In this document: positions 10,062 through 19,033 of the stretch, piece after piece
Position numbering within the stretch: position 1 is the stretch's first letter
Layout: every line of letters begins with the position of its first letter
Source: Blattabacterium cuenoti
GTDB taxonomy: Bacteria; Bacteroidota; Bacteroidia; Flavobacteriales; Blattabacteriaceae
Reading direction: 5' to 3'
NCBI GenBank assembly: GCA_014251975.1
Contig: CP059204.1
Span: 120,001 to 152,000 of the forward strand
Length of the DNA: 32,000 bases
Program-made: the position numbers and the translations under genes
Notes under the pieces: generated by a model
Seen by the model: only the letters and a program-made list of their open reading frames with translations
What the model was told of the DNA's origin: nothing
The model's database searches: none

Positions 10062-11615
10062 ATGAAAAAAGCTTTAATAAGTTCTTATAATAAGGATAAA
10101 GATTTATTAGATTTTGTACGTTTTTTGAGTAAAAAAAAATATAAAATTATATCTACTGGTGGTACTTATAAATATTTTAAACAATCAGGGGGTATTTCCC
10201 CTATTATAAATATTTCTGATATAACTTCATTTAAAGAAATTTTAGATGGTAAAATAAAAAGTATTCATCCTAATATTTATTGTGGAATTTTAACAAATCG
10301 TAATTTAAAAAAAGAAATTGAATTTATTAAAAAAAATAAAATTGATTTAATTGATATAGTATTAATTAATTGTTATCCATTTATAAAAAAAATTAACGAA
10401 TTAAATAATAATGTTAATTTAAATTATAATTTTTTAACAAAATTTATTGATATAGGTGGGCCATCAATTATTCGTGCTGCAGCAAAAAATTTTTTTTACG
10501 TAACTCCTATTATAGATAAAAAAGATTATAAATTAGTTATAAATGAAATAGATACTTATGGTTTTACTACAATTAATTTAAGAAAAAAATTAGCAGGAAA
10601 AGTATTCAACTTTACTTCATTTTATGATTCTATTATTTCTAATTTTTTCCTTAAAAATGAAAAATTTCCAGTTTATTTTAATTTTTCTTATGAAAAAAAA
10701 ATGAATTTAAGATATGGTGAAAATCCGCATCAAAAAGCTTCATTTTATATTAATTCTATAAATAAAGGATCAATGTCTAATTGTACTAAATTACATGGAA
10801 AAGATTTATCTTTTAATAATTTTAAAGATATAGATGTAGCATGGAAAATTGTAAATCAATTTAATAAACCATGTTGTTGTATTGTAAAACATTCTATACC
10901 ATGTGGTGTAGCTTTAGGAAATAACATTGATGAAGCATTTGAAAAAACTTATAGTTCTGATACTATTTCATCTTTTGGTGGTGTAATAGCAATGAATAGA
11001 TCAATATCAAAAAAAGTTGCTGAAAAAATTAACAAAATTTTTTTAGAAGTAATAGTAACTAAAAATTATGATAATGAAATTTTACAAATTTTAAATAAAA
11101 AAAAAAATATAAGAATTATTAGAATAAATAATAATGTTTCAGATAAAATGGAATATGTACAAGTTGATGGTGGTATGTTAGTTCAAGAATCTAATTTATT
11201 TTTAAATAATAATGATCAATATAAAATAGTTACTAAAAAAAAGTTTTCATATAAAGAGATAAAATCTTTACTTTTTGCTCAAAATGTAGTAAAACACGTA
11301 AAATCTAATGCTATAGTTGTAGCAAAAGAAGAACAAACACTAGGTATATCTGGAGGAGAAACTAATAGAATTTGGGCTGCTAAACAAGCTATTAATAGAG
11401 CAATTAAAGCAATTAAAAAAAATAAAACTGGATTAGTATTAGTATCAGATGCTTTTTTACCTTTTAGAGATGTAGTAGATGAGGCTGCAAAATCCGGAAA
11501 AATAAGTGCTATATTACAACCAGGTGGTTCTATACGTGATAAAGAGTCTATAATAGCTTGTGATTATTATGGTATTTCTATGGCATTTACTGGTAAAAGA
11601 TATTTTAAACATTAA
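10062..11615 (+). CDS. purH: Bifunctional AICAR transformylase / IMP cyclohydrolase
   Basis: 517-aa ORF with the N-terminal MGS-like domain (ISTGGT, DIGGPSIIRAAAKN) and the AICARFT domain (LRYGENPHQ, SDAFLPFRD, ILQPGGSIRD). Confidence 0.95.
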   Translation: MKKALISSYNKDKDLLDFVRFLSKKKYKIISTGGTYKYFKQSGGISPIINISDITSFKEILDGKIKSIHPNIYCGILTNRNLKKEIEFIKKNKIDLIDIVLINCYPFIKKINELNNNVNLNYNFLTKFIDIGGPSIIRAAAKNFFYVTPIIDKKDYKLVINEIDTYGFTTINLRKKLAGKVFNFTSFYDSIISNFFLKNEKFPVYFNFSYEKKMNLRYGENPHQKASFYINSINKGSMSNCTKLHGKDLSFNNFKDIDVAWKIVNQFNKPCCCIVKHSIPCGVALGNNIDEAFEKTYSSDTISSFGGVIAMNRSISKKVAEKINKIFLEVIVTKNYDNEILQILNKKKNIRIIRINNNVSDKMEYVQVDGGMLVQESNLFLNNNDQYKIVTKKKFSYKEIKSLLFAQNVVKHVKSNAIVVAKEEQTLGISGGETNRIWAAKQAINRAIKAIKKNKTGLVLVSDAFLPFRDVVDEAAKSGKISAILQPGGSIRDKESIIACDYYGISMAFTGKRYFKH

Positions 11616-11628
11616 AAAATAATTAATA

Positions 11629-12882
11629 ATGAAAATATTAATAATTGGTAGTGGGGGACGTGAACATGCTATTGGTAAAAAATTATTAGAAGATGATAAG
11701 AATATAATTTTATATTTTTATCCAGGTAATGGAGGGACATCATTAATAGGTAAAAATATTGAAAAAAATTATACAATATTAGAATTAGCTTTATTTGCAA
11801 AAAAAAATAATATATCAATAACAATAGTTGGTAGTGAAATATTTTTAAGTAAAAAAATAGTAGATGTTTTTCATTTTTACAATTTATGTATAATAGGCCC
11901 AGATTTTATATCATCAAAACTAGAAGTAAATAGAATTTTTGCAAAGAATTTTATGAAAAAATATAACATACCAAATCCTAGATATAAAGTTTTTTGTTCT
12001 TATAAAGAAGCAATTAATTTTATAGAAAAAAAAAAAAATATTGGATCATTGGCTATTAAACCAAATGGTATTGCTCTTGGAAAAGGTGTAATTATAACTA
12101 ATAATAAAAGTGAAGCTAAAAATGCTATAAAAACTATTATGGTAGATAAAAAGTTTGGAGATTCTGGAAATAAAATACTTATAGAAGAATTTATTAATGG
12201 TATTGAAATATCTATTATGTCTATTTTTAATAAAAAAAATATTATACCATTTTTATCTTCAAAAGATTACAAAAAATCTGGGGAAAATGATAATGGACTA
12301 AATACTGGAGGTATGGGTACTGTTACGCCTAATCCATATATGACAGATTCTATATATAAGTATTTTAAAAAAAATATTCTGGAAGCTACATTAACTGGGT
12401 TATTATCTGAAAAATTAACTTTTGTAGGATTTTTATATTTTGGTTTAATAGTCCCATTTAATTCTCAAGATAAGGTATATTTATTGGAATACAATACTAG
12501 AATGGGTGATCCAGAAACACAATCACTAATGCCATTAATGAAAACTAGTTTTTTAAAATTATTAACTACTTCTTTATTAAATAAAAATTTTAATATTTTA
12601 TGGGATAATAAATTTTCTTGTTGTGTAATTTTATCATCTAAAGGTTATCCAGAAGAATATAAAACTGGTAAAATTATTACTGGATTAAATTTAATAAAAG
12701 ATCCTTGGTATGTATCTGGAGCTAGTATAAAAAATAAACAATGGGTAACAACATCAGGTAGAGTTTTAAATATAGTTGGATTAGATAAAGATATTAAAAA
12801 TGCTAGAAAAATTGCCTATGAAAAAATAAATAAAATACATTTTGACAATATTTATTTTAGAAATGATATTGGATCTTTTTAA
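11629..12882 (+). CDS. purD: GAR synthetase (phosphoribosylamine-glycine ligase)
   Basis: 417-aa ORF with ILIIGSGGREHA, an ATP-grasp core (IKPNGIALGKGV) and EYNTRMGDPETQ. Confidence 0.95.
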   Translation: MKILIIGSGGREHAIGKKLLEDDKNIILYFYPGNGGTSLIGKNIEKNYTILELALFAKKNNISITIVGSEIFLSKKIVDVFHFYNLCIIGPDFISSKLEVNRIFAKNFMKKYNIPNPRYKVFCSYKEAINFIEKKKNIGSLAIKPNGIALGKGVIITNNKSEAKNAIKTIMVDKKFGDSGNKILIEEFINGIEISIMSIFNKKNIIPFLSSKDYKKSGENDNGLNTGGMGTVTPNPYMTDSIYKYFKKNILEATLTGLLSEKLTFVGFLYFGLIVPFNSQDKVYLLEYNTRMGDPETQSLMPLMKTSFLKLLTTSLLNKNFNILWDNKFSCCVILSSKGYPEEYKTGKIITGLNLIKDPWYVSGASIKNKQWVTTSGRVLNIVGLDKDIKNARKIAYEKINKIHFDNIYFRNDIGSF

Positions 12883-12891
12883 AAAATTATA

Positions 12892-14451
12892 ATGGAAGAA
12901 AAATGTAAAGAAAATATATTAATATTAGATTTTGGATCACAATATAGCAAAATTATTTCAAGAAGAATACGAGATTTTGGAGTTAATGCATTGTTATATC
13001 CTTATACAATATCTCTATATGATATTTTATTAAAAAAACCTAAAGGTATAATACTGTCAGGTGGCCCATTTTCTGTTTATAAAAAAAATTCTCCAAAATT
13101 ATCTAGTAAAATTTTTAAATTAAAAATTCCAATTCTTGGAATTTGTTATGGAATGCAATTAATATCATTAATTTTCGGTGGTAAAATAAAAAAATCTATA
13201 TACAAAGAATATGGAAAATCAAATTTTATCATAAATGATACTGAAAATTTATTATTTAGTGATATACCTAAAAAATCAATTGTATGGATGAGTCATTTTG
13301 ATGAGGTTAAATATATTCCAAATGAATTTAAAATTATAGGTAAAACTACATATTGTAATATTGCTGCTATTACTCACATAAAAAAAAAAATTTTCGCTGT
13401 ACAATTTCATCCAGAAGTAGAGAATACTGTTTTCGGGAAAAATATATTAAAAAATTTTTTGATTAAGATATGTAAATGCAATATAAATTTAGTAATAAAT
13501 AATTTTATAAAAAATTCTATAAATAAGATAAAAAAAAAAGTATCTAATAAAAAAGTAATATTAGGTTTTTCTGGTGGATTAGATTCTTTTGTAACAGCTT
13601 ATTTAATACATAAAGCTATTGGAAATTCTTTAATATGTATTTTTATAGATACTGGATTTTTTCTTAATTTTGAAAAAAAAAGAATATTGAAAATATGTAA
13701 AAAAATGAATTTTTATATTAAATTAATAAATGCTAAAAATCATTTTTTTTCAAAATTAAAAAAAGTAAAAAATCCAGAAATTAAAAGGAAGATTATAGGA
13801 AAAGAATTTATTTTATTTTTTGAAAAAATATCAAAAAAAATTAAAAATGTTGAATTTTTAGCTCAGGGTACTATTTATTCAGATGTAATAGAATCATCTT
13901 CTAATAATAATAATAGTAGTTTTATTAGTAATACTATAAAATCTCATCATAATGTTGGTGGGTTACCTAAATCAATCAAATTTAAACTTATTGAACCTTT
14001 AAAAGAATTATTTAAAGATGAAGTACAAAAAATAGGGGAAATTATATCTTTACCTAAAGAAATTTTATATCGTCATCCATTTCCAGGACCTGGATTAAGT
14101 ATTCGTATTATTGGAAAAATAAATAAAAAAAAAATATCAATATTAAAAAAAGCAGAAAATATACTTTTTCAAGAATTAATAAAATACAATATTTATTATA
14201 ATGTAAGACAGGCTTTTATAGTCCTATTACCAGTAAAATCTGTAGGAGTAATGGGTGATAAAAGATCATATGAATACGCAGCTGTTTTACGTGTAGTAAA
14301 TACAAAAGATTTTATGACAGCTAATTTTACACATTTATCTTATAATTTTTTAGAAAAAATTTCTAACAGAATAATTAATGAAGTTAATGGAATTAATAGA
14401 GTATTATATGATATTTCATCTAAACCGCCATCCACAATTGAATGGGAATAA
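12892..14451 (+). CDS. guaA: GMP synthase (glutamine-hydrolysing)
   Basis: 519-aa ORF. It has the GATase triad (GICYGMQL, QFHPE), the PP-loop GFSGGLDS, HHNVGGLP and the C-terminal PPSTIEWE. Confidence 0.95.
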   Translation: MEEKCKENILILDFGSQYSKIISRRIRDFGVNALLYPYTISLYDILLKKPKGIILSGGPFSVYKKNSPKLSSKIFKLKIPILGICYGMQLISLIFGGKIKKSIYKEYGKSNFIINDTENLLFSDIPKKSIVWMSHFDEVKYIPNEFKIIGKTTYCNIAAITHIKKKIFAVQFHPEVENTVFGKNILKNFLIKICKCNINLVINNFIKNSINKIKKKVSNKKVILGFSGGLDSFVTAYLIHKAIGNSLICIFIDTGFFLNFEKKRILKICKKMNFYIKLINAKNHFFSKLKKVKNPEIKRKIIGKEFILFFEKISKKIKNVEFLAQGTIYSDVIESSSNNNNSSFISNTIKSHHNVGGLPKSIKFKLIEPLKELFKDEVQKIGEIISLPKEILYRHPFPGPGLSIRIIGKINKKKISILKKAENILFQELIKYNIYYNVRQAFIVLLPVKSVGVMGDKRSYEYAAVLRVVNTKDFMTANFTHLSYNFLEKISNRIINEVNGINRVLYDISSKPPSTIEWE

Positions 14452-14459
14452 ACGAATTT

Positions 14460-15299
14460 TTAAATCATCATTATAAGTAATTTATATATATTTATTTTAA
14501 GTTTAGTTCTTGGAGAAATTAAATCTATGAATCCATGATTCATTAAAAATTCAGAAGTTTGAAATTCTTTTGGTAAATTTTTACCTATTGTTTCTTTAAT
14601 TACTCTAGGACCTGCAAAACCTATTAATGCACCTGGTTCTGCAATATTAATATCTCCTAGAAGTGCATAAGAGGCCAGTACTCCTCCAGTTGTAGGATCT
14701 GTTAAAACAGAAATATAAGGTATTTTATAACATTTTAAGTTTGTCAAACTTGCTATGGTTTTTGCCATTTGCATTAACGAAAAAGAAGATTCCATAACTC
14801 TAGCTCCACCTGATTTTGATATTAAAATATATGGTAATTTGTATTTAATACAATGTTTTGTTGCTCTATATATTTTTTCTCCAACAACTGATCCCATAGA
14901 TCCTCCTATAAAAGTAAAATCCATACAAGAAATAACTACATTTAATCCATTAATTTTTCCTATTCCTGTCCTAATAGCATCATATAATTTAGTTTTTTTT
15001 TTAGATTCTTTAATTCTATCTTTATATCTTTTATAATCTTTCCATTTTATAGGATCTTTACTACACATTTTAATATTTATTTCTGTAAACTTACCATAGT
15101 CAAAAAGTATTTTAAAATACTCTTTACTGTTAATTCTAACGTGGTAACCTTCTTCAGGACTTACGTAAGAGTTCTTTTTTAATTTTTCTATATCTACTAT
15201 TTCACCATTTGGTGTCCTATACCAAAGACCCTTTGGTAGATCTCTTCTGTCATCAATAGACGTTAATATATTTTTTTTTTTTCTTAAAAACCATCCCAT
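14460..15299 (-). CDS. accD: Acetyl-CoA carboxylase carboxyltransferase beta subunit
   Basis: 279-aa ORF with MDFTFIGGSMGSVVGEK, SGGARVMES, TDPTTGGVLASYA and GFAGPRVI. The N-terminus GLWYRTPNGEIV... has no Cys4 finger, as I recall for Bacteroidetes AccD. Confidence 0.92.
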   Translation of the reverse strand: MGWFLRKKKNILTSIDDRRDLPKGLWYRTPNGEIVDIEKLKKNSYVSPEEGYHVRINSKEYFKILFDYGKFTEINIKMCSKDPIKWKDYKRYKDRIKESKKKTKLYDAIRTGIGKINGLNVVISCMDFTFIGGSMGSVVGEKIYRATKHCIKYKLPYILISKSGGARVMESSFSLMQMAKTIASLTNLKCYKIPYISVLTDPTTGGVLASYALLGDINIAEPGALIGFAGPRVIKETIGKNLPKEFQTSEFLMNHGFIDLISPRTKLKINIYKLLIMMI

Positions 15300-15305
15300 A
15301 TCTTT

Positions 15306-16373
15306 TTATAAAGTATTTACGTTATTCATTAATTTAAAATATTTTTGTAATTTCATCTTAAATGAAAGTTCTCCTTCTCTAAGCCATATTCTAGGATCAT
15401 AAAATTTTTTATTAGGTACATATTCCCCAGTTGGATTACCTATTTGTTTATTTAAATATTCTTTATATTTTTCCATGTAATTTCTAACACCACAAGTAAA
15501 TGAATACTGTAAATCTGTATCTATATTAATTTTAATAACTCCATAATTAATAGATTTTTTTATTTCCTCTTCAGAAGAACCTGATCCTCCATGAAATACT
15601 AAAAATACTGGGTTTTTTTTTGTATTAAATTTATTTTTTATATATTTTTGTGTATTTTCTAATATTTCAGGTCGTAATATAACATTCCCAGGTTTATATA
15701 CACCGTGAACATTACCAAATGATGCTGCTATAATAAAATTTTTACTTATACTACCCAAATTATCATATGCATAAGATACCTCTTCAGGTTGAGTATATAA
15801 TTTTTTATTGTCTATATTTGTATTATCTGTTCCGTCTTCTTCACCACCAGTTACTCCTAACTCTACTTCAATTGTAATTTGACATTTGTTCATAATATTA
15901 AAATATTTTTTACATATTTTAATATTGTCTTCTAATGGTTCTTTAGAAAGATCTAACATATGTGAACTAAATAGTGTTTTACCAAATTTTTTATAATAAT
16001 ATTCATTAGCTCTTATTAATCCATCTATCCATTGTAAATTTTTTTTATAACAATGATCTGTGTGTAATATTACAGTACTTTTATATAATCTAGCTAATTC
16101 ATGTATATGCATAGCACATGCTATCGAACCTTTAATAGAGGCTATTTGAGAAATATTGCTTAATGATTTTCCAGCATTAAATATAGCACCTCCATTAGAT
16201 AATTGAATTATTATAGGTGAATTCATTGAAGCAGCAGTTTCCATAGCAGCATTAATTGAATTTGATCCTACAACATTTACAGCTGGTATTGAAAAAAGAT
16301 TTTCCTTAGCATATTCAAATATTTCTATTACCGCATTTCCTGTAATAACACCATATGGAAATTTTCTAGACAT
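15306..16373 (-). CDS. fbaA: Fructose-1,6-bisphosphate aldolase, class II
   Basis: 355-aa ORF that is nearly colinear with E. coli FbaA: LPAVN, ILHTDHC, ELGVTGGEEDG, SFGNVHGVYKPGNV, VFHGGSGS. Confidence 0.93.
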   Translation of the reverse strand: MSRKFPYGVITGNAVIEIFEYAKENLFSIPAVNVVGSNSINAAMETAASMNSPIIIQLSNGGAIFNAGKSLSNISQIASIKGSIACAMHIHELARLYKSTVILHTDHCYKKNLQWIDGLIRANEYYYKKFGKTLFSSHMLDLSKEPLEDNIKICKKYFNIMNKCQITIEVELGVTGGEEDGTDNTNIDNKKLYTQPEEVSYAYDNLGSISKNFIIAASFGNVHGVYKPGNVILRPEILENTQKYIKNKFNTKKNPVFLVFHGGSGSSEEEIKKSINYGVIKINIDTDLQYSFTCGVRNYMEKYKEYLNKQIGNPTGEYVPNKKFYDPRIWLREGELSFKMKLQKYFKLMNNVNTL

Positions 16374-16467
16374 GATATATTAATTTTAAAATAGGTTCGA
16401 ACAAATTACGGAATTATATCTTATTATACTATTTTTTTTAAATTAATGTTATATTAAATATATAAAA

Positions 16468-19032
16468 ATGTTAAAAATATATAACTCTTCAGCTGGATCA
16501 GGTAAAACTTCATTTATAATAAAGAGTTATCTAAATATTTTATTGAATAATAATAACTATAAAGAATACAAAAAAATACTAATTTTAACTTTTACTAGAA
16601 AATCTGCAGAAGATTTAAAAAATAAAATTTTAGAATGTCTAGAATATTTTTCAAAAAATAAAATAAGTAGTAAATATTCTTTTATTGCATATGATATAAT
16701 AAAAAATTTAGGTATTACAGAAAAAATATTATATAAACGTTCTGAAATAATATTAGTGGAGATAACTTCAAATTTCAAAATATTTTCTAATAATATTAGT
16801 ACTATAGATAAATTTATATATAGTATAGTTAGATCTTTTTATCCAAATTATTTATTAGAAATGAATTCAGATTATTTTTCATCAATATTTGTTAAAAATT
16901 TATTAAAAAATATTAAAAATAAAGATAATATGAATTATTTAGTAAATTTTTTTAAAAAAAAATTAAAATATTATAAAAATTTTGAAATTCATAATGAATT
17001 ATATAAAATTATTTATATAATTATTAATGAAATTAATTTTTTTTATATAACAGAAATTAAAAAATATTCAATAGAAAAATTAGTAGAATTGAAAAAAATT
17101 TTAAAAAAAAGAACATCTCTTTTTGAGAGATTTTTCAAAAAAAAAAGAAATTTTTTTTTTGAATTTTTAAAATGTAATTCAATTAAAGAAGAATTTTTTT
17201 TATATAAAGATTTACCAAGATTTTTTAATAAAATTTATAATAAAAATCTTATTATAAATCCTTTTACAAAACGATTAAATAATAGTATTAATAAAAAAAA
17301 TATTTTTAATAATAAAAAATATTTCAATAAATCATACAACATTATTTTTGATAAAAATATAAATAAAATTATAATTTTATTTAAAGAAGTAAAAAAATTT
17401 TATAAAAAAAATATATCATTTTATATTGAAAATAAATTATTTTTAGATAATATTAATTTACTATCAATTATTTTTAAAATTGATAAAGAATTACAATATT
17501 TTAAAAAAAAAAATAAATTTTTTTTTAATGAAGAATTAAATAAAATACTTTATGAAAAAATTTATAATTCATTTCCTAAAATATATGAAAAAATAGGATA
17601 TAAATATAAATATTACTTTATAGATGAATTTCAAGATATTTCATATTTGCAATGGGAAAATATTAAAATTTTAATTGAAAATTCATTATCAGAAAACGAT
17701 TTATCTATTTTAGTAGGAGACCCTAAACAATCTATTTATAGATGGAGAGGTGGAGATTCTGAACAATTTCTTAATTTAATAAATACTCATAGTTTTTATA
17801 AAAAAAAATTATATTATTTAAAAACTAATTTTAGAAGTCACAAAGAGATTGTTAAATTTAATAACTTATTTTATCCATTTATATCTAAAATTTTTAATAA
17901 TTCTATTTATAAAGATATTTATATAAATTCCAAACAAAAAATATTTAAAAATTTTGGTGGATATGTTGAATTAAATTTATTTATTTATGAAAATAAAAAA
18001 CAAAAATATAGAGACTATATATATAATAAAATAAAAAAAAGTATTAAAATATTACAAAAAAAATATTTATTATCCGATATAGCATTGCTTGTAAAAAAAA
18101 ATGAAGAAGTTAACTATCTATCAGAAAAATTAATACAAAATAAAATTAATGTTAACACAACTTTTTCTTTATTAATAAAAAATTATACTGAAATACAAAT
18201 TATTATAACTTATTTTCATATAATGATTAATCCTAATTCTTATTATAAAAGATTTCGTTTAATTATATTATTATTAGAAATTAAATTTATTAAAATACCA
18301 AAAAATAAAATACATAATTTTTTATCAAAAATAATTTTTCTTCCAATAAATAGTTTTTTAAAAAATATTTCTCAATCAAAAAAAACTGTTCCTACTATAA
18401 AAATGTTATATAATAAATCTATATATCAAATATCTGAATATATTATAGATTTTTTTAATTTATCAACTAATAAAAATTTTTTATGTATTAATTCTTTTTT
18501 AGATTTTGTATATAGAAAAACAAAACATATAAAAAATTCTATACATAATTTTTTAATTTATTGGCAACAATATAAAGATCAAGAAAAAATTGTGCTTCCT
18601 AATAGAAAAAATTCTATTAATTTATTAACAATTCATAAAGCAAAAGGGTTACAATTCCCAATTGTAATACTACCTTTTGCTGATTGGAAAATTTTATATA
18701 AAAACAAAAAAGAAATAATATGGATAAAAATTAATTCTAATTTATATAATGGATTAAATACATTTTTTTTAGAAATTAAATCTTTTTTAAAAAAAGTAGA
18801 AAATAAAAATATACGTGATTTATATAATGAATATTTATCAAGAACAGTTTTTGATAATATTAATCTACTATACGTTGCTACAACTAGACCTATTAAAAAA
18901 TTAATTATATATTCTAGACTTTATAATATTAATGATAATAATTGTATTTCTAATTATATAAAAGATTTTCTATCTGATCAAAATATATGGGATATAAAAA
19001 AAAATAAATATTCTTTTGGAGATAATAAATAA
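16468..19032 (+). CDS. UvrD/AddA(RecB)-family SF1 helicase; no recognisable C-terminal nuclease domain
   Basis: 854-aa ORF. It has Walker A YNSSAGSGKT at residues 5-14, motif II YFIDEFQDIS, motif III VGDPKQSIYRWRGG, NFRS, TIHKAKGLQFPIV and motif VI LLYVATTRP about 47 aa before the stop. The rest is very K/N/I/F-rich and low-complexity. Confidence 0.75.
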   Translation: MLKIYNSSAGSGKTSFIIKSYLNILLNNNNYKEYKKILILTFTRKSAEDLKNKILECLEYFSKNKISSKYSFIAYDIIKNLGITEKILYKRSEIILVEITSNFKIFSNNISTIDKFIYSIVRSFYPNYLLEMNSDYFSSIFVKNLLKNIKNKDNMNYLVNFFKKKLKYYKNFEIHNELYKIIYIIINEINFFYITEIKKYSIEKLVELKKILKKRTSLFERFFKKKRNFFFEFLKCNSIKEEFFLYKDLPRFFNKIYNKNLIINPFTKRLNNSINKKNIFNNKKYFNKSYNIIFDKNINKIIILFKEVKKFYKKNISFYIENKLFLDNINLLSIIFKIDKELQYFKKKNKFFFNEELNKILYEKIYNSFPKIYEKIGYKYKYYFIDEFQDISYLQWENIKILIENSLSENDLSILVGDPKQSIYRWRGGDSEQFLNLINTHSFYKKKLYYLKTNFRSHKEIVKFNNLFYPFISKIFNNSIYKDIYINSKQKIFKNFGGYVELNLFIYENKKQKYRDYIYNKIKKSIKILQKKYLLSDIALLVKKNEEVNYLSEKLIQNKINVNTTFSLLIKNYTEIQIIITYFHIMINPNSYYKRFRLIILLLEIKFIKIPKNKIHNFLSKIIFLPINSFLKNISQSKKTVPTIKMLYNKSIYQISEYIIDFFNLSTNKNFLCINSFLDFVYRKTKHIKNSIHNFLIYWQQYKDQEKIVLPNRKNSINLLTIHKAKGLQFPIVILPFADWKILYKNKKEIIWIKINSNLYNGLNTFFLEIKSFLKKVENKNIRDLYNEYLSRTVFDNINLLYVATTRPIKKLIIYSRLYNINDNNCISNYIKDFLSDQNIWDIKKNKYSFGDNK

Positions 19033-19033
19033 A

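Noticed and set aside
14428-14436. A DnaA-box-like 9-mer CCATCCACA (7/9 to TTATCCACA) inside the guaA 3' end. Another weak match, TTATCCAGT, lies in def near 27270.
   Set aside because: These are isolated, imperfect, intragenic matches. There is no cluster and no AT-rich unwinding spacer, so this is not an origin.
14460-15299. AccD lacks the N-terminal Cys4 zinc finger present in E. coli AccD.
   Set aside because: As far as I recall, the GLWY..P.G.I...........SPE..H.RI N-terminus without cysteines is the normal form in Bacteroidetes. It is therefore lineage-typical and not a symbiont-specific loss.
16395-16402. A perfect 8-bp palindrome GTTCGAAC forms a GC-containing island in the fbaA/helicase divergent spacer.
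   Set aside because: It is a single short palindrome with no second copy in the window and no known cognate regulator. It could be a chance occurrence or part of a promoter, and it cannot be supported further from sequence alone.
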